Below are positions 57,301 to 64,000 of a stretch of 64,000 nt of DNA, piece after piece. Location: contig CM060734.1 of NCBI GenBank assembly GCA_030704615.1, positions 56,048,001-56,112,000 of the forward strand, given 5' to 3'. Under the pieces are notes generated by a model. The model was not told the DNA's origin. It did not search any database and saw only the letters and a list, made by a program, of their open reading frames with translations. The translations under genes were made by a program, and so were the position numbers. This DNA is from Takakia lepidozioides. Lineage: Eukaryota; Plantae; Bryophyta. How positions within the stretch are numbered: position 1 is the first letter of the stretch; every line of letters begins with the position of its first letter.

Positions 57301-57561
57301 TGGCCTCATTAGGAACATTCCAGATCAAAAACAAAAAAAACCAAGCATGTCGGGGACTGAGAGCAGCAAGTGCTCGGGGTCTCGAGAGGGGGCAACAAAG
57401 ATAAAAGAAAAAGGTGGGGGGGGGGGGAAGTGACTGAGCACCACCAGCATCTGCTGAGCACCACGGGCTCAGTCACTCCCCCCCCCAATTTTTATTTTTT
57501 TTGGTTTCCTGATCTCTCCCTCTCTCTGTCCCTCTCTGTCCCTCTGTCCCTCTCCCTCTCC

Positions 57562-57593
<32 letters not shown>

Positions 57594-57654
57594 TTTTGTT
57601 CACAAAAGTAAACAAACCACAAGGGAGAGAGGGTGCAGAAAAAGTTAAAAGATT

Positions 57655-58200
57655 GTACTCATAAGACGTTGTTTGCCGTAGCCTTGTGGCCATTGACCCC
57701 GCGCCCAGTTTGAGCGGAAACAAAAGGGACAGAACCTGCCTCTGTCAAGGGCTGACGTTGGTAGTAAGACTTACCTTCATATATAGAATTAATCTGGGTT
57801 TTCTAGATATCCTCTACAAATCCCTTCACACAAGCATCAAACTGCTGTGTGTGATTTGCCCAATAACTAGGCCTCAGGAGGGCCTGGGCTTTTGGCTCAG
57901 CCTCGAGACTTTCAAAGTTGGTAAACAGGGGTACAGGCACAATTCCCTTGATAGAGTTGAAGAGAGCGTCTCTTTGGTGAGAGAACCCCGGACAGTGTAT
58001 CAGAAAATGAATATTGTCTTCAGATTGCCCACACAACGGGCAATTGCACTCTCCCTTTCCTCTCTGCTTCTGTTTGCTGTTCAAAGGTAGGTAGATAGAT
58101 GATAGAGACAGAATTAGAGGTGTGCTTAGATCAAGGCCTGGAGAAACACCATTACAAGTACTTGGCATGTTAGTCGAGGATGGCTGAGAGCCCAAACTAT
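57655..58200 (-). mobile_element. LINE 3' fragment (ORF2 C-terminal CCHC finger + 3' UTR)
   Basis: ORF 57803-58195: CPLCGQSEDNIHFLIHC...R..LF. Confidence 0.7.
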
Positions 58201-58534
58201 AGTCCCAAGACAGAAATATGAGTGTCAGACAATAGCGTGGTCGAAATACTACTCAGTTGACTCCAACTGGTGAGAGATCCACCTGCATCTGAAGGGAAAC
58301 ACAAACACGTTAAACAAAAAAAAAGTACAGCAAGGGATCCGCTACCAACATAGATGCACAAATTGATATTCCACACGAGCATATCCTAGGGGGCATGCGG
58401 TTGCGTCGAAGGTGATATACTCGTCCAGCATGAAGCAGCAGACAGGGTAGCAGCAGGGCTCAGACGCCATAACTCGCGAGCTCAGCAGCACGAGAAATGC
58501 AGCTGACATCGGGAGAGACACCCTAGGGCAGAGC

Positions 58535-59150
58535 CCGATTTTTCATCCGTAGGATGAATAATCCATACCCTTTCTCTTAAGAACCTGATAGATGTCATCC
58601 ATTAGCTAGGTTTATAGGGTAGGAGTTAGGGTTTCACTCCTTAATTAGCAATAATTAAGGGTAATTAGAAAAATCTCCATGGCCATCATAAGCTGTTTTT
58701 TTCATCCGGTCCAGATGAAAAAATAAATAGGTTCATTTGTTTGGATGAGGTCCATCAGCAGGATGATAATTAATATTAACCAGGGCAACGGTTTTTCATC
58801 CCAACAGGTAATTTGTCATCCCTTAAGAGAAAGCCTCATCCAGTACGGAAAAAAACCGTAAAAGGGGAAATAAAACGAATTCAGATCCTGGTATTTTTCA
58901 TCCGGCATGGATGGAAAAATTATAGATAGGACGCCAGTGTCATAACCCTTATAGAGGTAATTTCTCAGTCTCTAGAGACCTATCTGATATAGATGAAAGT
59001 CAATAAAAGAGGAATGAAAAATTATAAGTCCTTTTTAAAGGTACTTTAGTGTCCACCCAGGTGATTCTTCCGGTAGGGATAGAAGACCTTTACAAGTCGG
59101 GTGAAAACACCTTTTAGAGTCCATCTGGTATAGATGGAAAATCATGAAAA
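58535..59150. repeat. Cluster of short palindromes TTTTTCATCC-N-GGATGAAAAA; probable DNA-transposon subterminal repeats
   Basis: Units at ~58538, 58696, 58792, 58894 and 59120. Confidence 0.6.
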
Positions 59151-59989
59151 GAACATTGATGCAACCGGCCAGTTCTGAGGAGGGAGACAGAGGGAGAGAG
59201 GGGGCAACAATGAAAAAAAAATGGGTTGGGGGGGGGGGAGGTCAGATGGTGGGGTCAACTGCAGCATATGTCCAACACCAGATATCCTAAGTTAATCGAC
59301 TCTATATCTTGGAAACATGACCGCCCACCGACCTGTCAAACAGGCTAAGTCTTGGCAGAAGACAGTAGAAGAGATTCTCAAGGACCTGGACCTGGACGTG
59401 TTCGAGGCTGGTTATTTAAAAACGGTTTTGGCCTTCTGAAGCCATGATTGTGTAAGGGTTAGTTCTTTGTTGCTTTCAAGGTCCATGCTAGAATCTGCAT
59501 CGGCTGGCAATTCATGTCTGAATTTTTTGATGGGGGATGTCACAACACCACATGATTTGCAGCCCTTCATGATAGTAGTGGACATCCCCCCTCTTCCTGA
59601 TGACCTCACTCGTTGTTCTATTAACCAACTCATTTCCAATATATAAAGGTTCGAAGTTATTGTGCATGTATCATATTGATTTGAAAGTCGATACTTGAGC
59701 CATCCGTCAGAAAATTGCTCTCCGCAAACCCTCCCAAGATCCAAAAACAAATCAAACAAAACAAAACAAAAATTTAAAAATAAAATAAAACACAAACAAC
59801 AACATTCAGCAAAAAACCTAAACCACTGGAGAGAACACAAAACGGCGACACTTTCACACACTTAGCGAGCAAAATCGGTTTAAGCGATGATGGCCGCCGA
59901 TGATGGCCGCCGACGAAGGCTAGAAACGAAATCCGCTACACCTCAATGGTCTCTGCAAAATAACATCTGCTGGTTGTAATTTTGAAGTA

Positions 59990-61125
59990 CAATTGGTAGA
60001 TACAAAGAGCACACAAATGAATGGGTTACTCATCTTTTATCCCTGAAAGAAAAGCCTCAGACTTATGTACTGACCATTAACAGTTAATGAGCCAAATCAT
60101 TTTTTGATCCCCAAGCAAATCCATTCTTTCCACAACATCTTTGAAGTATGGCACCAAAATCTTGTGGACAAACTGTTGGCACGTTCTTTGATTGGACCAG
60201 TGATTGTCAGTCATTGTGAAGTGGAAGCCATAGTCCAGGCACAATTTTGCATTTGCCGTTTTTGGTAAGCAACGATCTATTTTGCGTGTGAAAATCACCT
60301 ACATCGGAAGTAGTGTTCCATCACGTGCTGAGGAGACACAAACAGTCACCTATCTCTTATCTTCCATTCCAATGACCTTGATATCTTTTGACCCTTTCCT
60401 CTCCCAAGTGTGCTCTCGTGCCGTGGGAACCAAGTGAGTACCTGTGAAATGAAGCCACATATCTATCAATAAACAAAGAATATGTATGTACAATTTACAT
60501 ATATACCACTGACCAATGACATCTTGTAACCAAAACCCTAAATCAACACATGTAAATTGTGACTTGAAGACAAATATCATAATACCTGTCTGGTCCATGT
60601 TGACAATTAAAGCATGTGGAATGTCATATGCTTTAACCGAATATGCAACCCTGTAAGCCATGAACATTCATTGATTTTCCCAATCTGATGGAAGTTTGCC
60701 ACAAGCTGTGGTAGCACGTCTGCAACTCCAATCCAAGTGAATCTTCATAAAAGTTTGTGTCCACTTCGACGAGATCTTATAATTTTTCCAATATCTCAGG
60801 AGCACGAGCAGTGACAAAACCCAAAATAATGGGTTGAACAATTCCAGCACTCTATGGTTGCCATGCATCTCTCATCCTCAAAAGCAAATCACACAACTCA
60901 CGAATAAGATCTGGTCTCTGAGACAGAGGACCTTTGTGTTGAAAAGCAGCAGTAAATTGAATCGAATATCTTGGCTTCAAGGTACCAGTAGAGATAAACC
61001 ACGGATACAAGGAACTTCTACTCAGCTTCTCGAAAGGCCTTGTACTCTTGTCTGGCTCCCTGTAGACCCGTGCCACAAAGTATGTGAAAATTTACATAGT
61101 AACCACTTTGAGAATCTTAACTTCC
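59990..61125 (-). pseudogene. pogo/Tc1-mariner-like DDE transposase pseudogene with one intron (60585-60442), interrupted by the Gypsy insertion
   Basis: RRATTACGKLP, IVNMDQTG|THLVP, EDKR*VTVC, GTLLPM*VIF, NHWSN and WLINC*SVH-like motifs. The GT-AG intron restores the frame. Confidence 0.85.
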
Positions 61126-61302
61126 TGTCGTGCGCATACATATCGCTACACAACTACATCGTTGTCCAAAACCACACAACACATGTGCACACCACACACT
61201 AGTATACCACTAGTCCAACCACTAGTCCAACCACTAGGCTACAACTAGTCAGTCACTAGGCTGCCACTATGCTGCCCACTATGGCAGTCACTAGTCCACA
61301 CA
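61126..61302 (-). repeat. Terminal repeat A' (177 bp, TG...CA)
   Basis: Direct repeat of 61620-61796, with one mismatch seen. Confidence 0.95.
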
Positions 61303-61619
61303 ATAAAGAAGAAGAATACAAGCACGAGCTCATAAATCTGAAGCATAAACTCATGCATATATAACCTCATCACTCAAATACAAGTCAAGCCAAGTGCACC
61401 CCACGCCATGGGGAATCCACACTACGGCGCCATAGTTAGGCGCGGTGAGGCTCAACTCGAGAAAGATGAGCCTCCCGCGCTTGCCGTGAAGATAACCACT
61501 CCAGGGCCTAAATCTGCCTTGACCCCTGGATTGACACTTGGGCCAATCCCAAATGTCAATATGTAAAAGTTAGCTATTTCCTAGCTAGTTTCACACTAGT
61601 GGTAAAATAACTTGACAGC

Positions 61620-61796
61620 TGTCGTGCGCATACATATCGCTACACAACTACATCGCTGTCCAAAACCACACAACACATGTGCACACCACACACTAGTATA
61701 CCACTAGTCCAACCACTAGTCCAACCACTAGGCTACAACTAGTCAGTCACTAGGCTGCCACTATGCTGCCCACTATGGCAGTCACTAGTCCACACA
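61620..61796 (-). repeat. Terminal repeat A (177 bp, TG...CA), adjacent to the PPT
   Basis: The minus strand reads TGTGTGG...CACGACA immediately after the PPT. Confidence 0.95.
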
Positions 61797-62065
61797 ATCG
61801 CCCCCCTAGCTGGTGCTTAGGTCCCTCTAAGTCCAGGTAGCCACAAGATGTGATAGTGACCATAGCCTCACTAAGTCCTCCACCACTATCCCTACTATGC
61901 TCAAACTCGATAGATCAAGAGGCTGGGTGCAAGAGTTGCCCCATCGTTAGTCGCCGTCTTGCAACCTGTGAACTTGAGCTTGGGATCTCATGTATTGACT
62001 CCTATGAGCTTGGCCTCCCATGTCTTGTTAGCTGCCTCCAGTCGTGTCCACTGCCACTATCCCAA

Positions 62066-62199
62066 GCAGTGTGGACTAACCAATCTCCGTCAGGAACCTT
62101 CTCAAGACGTGGTGTCAAGCATCCCATATGCCAACTCTTTGAGCATCGATCACACACCAGCATGGTGGCTGCCCCTTTGGCAGACCCACAGAGCATGCA
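62066..62199 (-). pseudogene. PHD finger at the integrase C-terminus
   Basis: CMLC...MLVCDRCSKSWHMGCLTPRLEKVPDGDWL. Adding one base restores the final CPHC (TGG TTA [T]GT CCA CAC TGC), giving C4HC3. Confidence 0.9.
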
Positions 62200-63118
62200 C
62201 CTCAAACCTGCAGGTACCACTGCCAAGTTTGGGTCAACTCTGCCATCGACATTGGGAAGGTGACATGCACAATTACGCACATGGTCCTTCCAAGTCATGC
62301 CATCCCGACCCTCCAAGATCAGGACCCCTGAGGGCAACACCTCTCGAACCCTCAGAATAACACGCCCTGCAGTAACATCCAGAGTCGTAGGAGCAGTCTG
62401 CTGCAAATAAACATAGTCACCAGGGCTAAACCTCCGAACCCCATGACGATATCCTCCACCACGTATAGTGGCATACCTTAACGTATCACGGTGTTGTGCA
62501 ATGGCAAGGTTCTCAAAAGCCATGGGCATGACTTTCTTGAACAATTCTGCATGCTTCACATGCACGTACCCACACGTCCGGATCATCAAGGTTAAGGACT
62601 TGAGCAGTGTCCCTACGAATGGCTGCAGGCAAATCCGGCTCTCGGCCAAAGAGAAGGAAATATGGTGAGAAGGAGGCAAGTGATGCTTGTTTGCTGAACC
62701 TGTAGCCCATGGCTAACCAAGGAACCTGAAGATCCCAATCTCCTAGGTGTCCCTTCTGCAAGCCATACTTGCGCAAACCCCTCTTCACCGTCTGAACAAC
62801 TCTCTCTGCCAAGCCATCGGCCTCAGGATGATCCCAAGAAGTGGTGCGGTGGTCTATCAAGGCTTTATCACACAAAGCCTGAAACTCCCCCAAGAACTCT
62901 CTCCCTTGGTCCGTAAGTACCTCAGCTGGAGCACCAAATCGGCTAAGCACACGATCCAAGAATGCATACGTAGCCCCCTCACTAGCCTTGTCAGGCAATG
63001 GAACCAACTCAATCCACTTGGAGAAGTGCTCCACCATCACCAACACATATCTGTGGTGGCGCATAGTCAGTGGCAACGGTCCTGCGAAGTCAAGACTCCA
63101 CATGTAGCCCAATCCCAA
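62200..63118 (-). pseudogene. Retroviral-type integrase core and C-terminal region (frameshift near 62560)
   Basis: WSLDFAGPLP, FSKWIE, LTDQGREF, HPEADGLAERVVQTVKRGL (D-D-E triad), SPYFLLFGRE and FSPGDYVYL. Confidence 0.95.
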
Positions 63119-63393
63119 CCTGCCACTACTAGATCAATGGAACCAACCCGCTCCAAATCCTGCGCCCCCAGCAACGAAATGTCTGCTAGCAAGGCCTAAT
63201 GATATCCACGAATTGCAGACACCGACAACAACTCAGCGTACCGCTGCACCAATTGAGCAACATGGCGAAGTGAAACGCGTCGTGCAGTCTCATCCCTCTC
63301 CACATACAGGTAACGCCGAACTCGTACACCTGCCTGTAACACAACAACCAATCCGGTGTTGATCCCGCCAAACAAGTCTAGAAGACAAATGCC
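63115..63393 (-). pseudogene. N-terminal part of a DNMT3/DRM-like C5 cytosine methyltransferase domain
   Basis: Motif I LLDLFGGINTG, motif II YLYVERD, motif III ADI and the start of motif IV SIDLVVAGW, in one frame through a single TAG (63196-63198). Confidence 0.85.
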
Positions 63394-63789
63394 TTCATCC
63401 GGATACTGCCACACAATAGGTGTGGTGTCCAATGGAGACAACTGAGGTGGTCCTGGTGCAATCCCCGCACTCTCCTCCTCTCCTGACGGTACAAAAGCCT
63501 CCACCCAAGCTTGTTGCACCCGTCTATCAGCATCCCGCTACAAATCCTTGCTCGTGCTCCACAATGGAGTCTGAGCAACCATGGTAGGCAACTCCGCCAT
63601 ACCATACATGTCATCCTACTCTCCCGGAGGTGGCACATCCTCTGAATGAGCGTTGCCCTCAAGTAACTCTCTAGGCCAACTCACTGCCGTTGTGAATGCT
63701 GCTAGTGTCGGCATCTTGCCTCGCTGGGCAACCGCAACTCCTCCTATGAACGTCACAGGGAGCTGCACACGCCGGCCCTCCCCTGACTG

Positions 63790-64000
63790 TCATGCAGGCC
63801 TATAGGAAGCTGACTCCTCCCAAAAATCCAAGGTGAAGCCCATGGGGTACAACACTGCCCCACCAACCGGGACATCGTATGAGACCGCGTCTGTCACAAT
63901 GGCCTTGGCTCGCATCATTGAGCCATCTGTAGGATGATCCGGCCGTAGTCTGATAGCTAACTCACGCCGGGTCATGCCCCGAGCCTGCTCCGATCCTCCA
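63790..64000 (-). pseudogene. C-terminal part of a retroviral-type aspartic protease
   Basis: AIVTDAVSYDVPVGGAVLYPMGFTLDF resembles the protease C-terminal D-x-(I/L)-(L/V)-G motif and is in the same frame as the DNMT segment. The catalytic DTG/DSG would lie outside the window. Confidence 0.6.

Larger units (their letters stand above)
61126..64000 (-). mobile_element. Internally deleted Ty3/Gypsy-type LTR retrotransposon: protease C-terminus, C5-DNMT fragment, [deletion], integrase, PHD, PPT, terminal repeat; continues beyond the window
   Basis: The integrase is the last pol domain. A purine tract (AGGGGGGCG, 61807-61799) sits 2 nt before a TG...CA repeat. Confidence 0.9.

Noticed and set aside
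59412-59861. 149-aa ORF as a gene
   Set aside because: The N-terminal half comes from low-complexity sequence and I recognise no domain.
61126-61796. Retrozyme (hammerhead ribozyme in an LTR)
   Set aside because: I found no CUGANGA...GAAA core with proper stems by eye.
63115-63519. Functional host DNMT3/DRM gene
   Set aside because: It is intronless, embedded between protease and integrase, has an internal stop and lacks the catalytic PC motif.

Overview
Repeat-rich eukaryotic nuclear DNA from a land plant. A non-seed plant is plausible, but that is inference. Host genes, all on the - strand: an L-type lectin receptor kinase pseudogene (8162-11575), an intact TFIIH p44/GTF2H2 gene (20467-22273), an intact 9-exon Zn-dependent alcohol dehydrogenase (40340-43500) and a small coiled-coil + THAQKY Myb gene (49142-52620). 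The rest is nested transposon debris: LTR gag, Copia, LINE 3' ends, a hAT MITE, CACTA, a pogo-like transposase, a SINE, three copies of an unclassified 2.8-kb element, palindromic repeat arrays and a near-identical 6.16-kb tandem duplication. The most notable feature is at the right edge (61126-64000, - strand). It is a Ty3/Gypsy-type LTR retrotransposon with a DNMT3/DRM-like C5 cytosine-methyltransferase domain in frame after the protease and a PHD finger after the integrase, ending in an unusual A-B-A terminal repeat. This copy is dead: it has stops, frameshifts and an internal deletion that removes the catalytic PC motif, RT and RNase H. All domain calls come from visual motif recognition; no searches were run.
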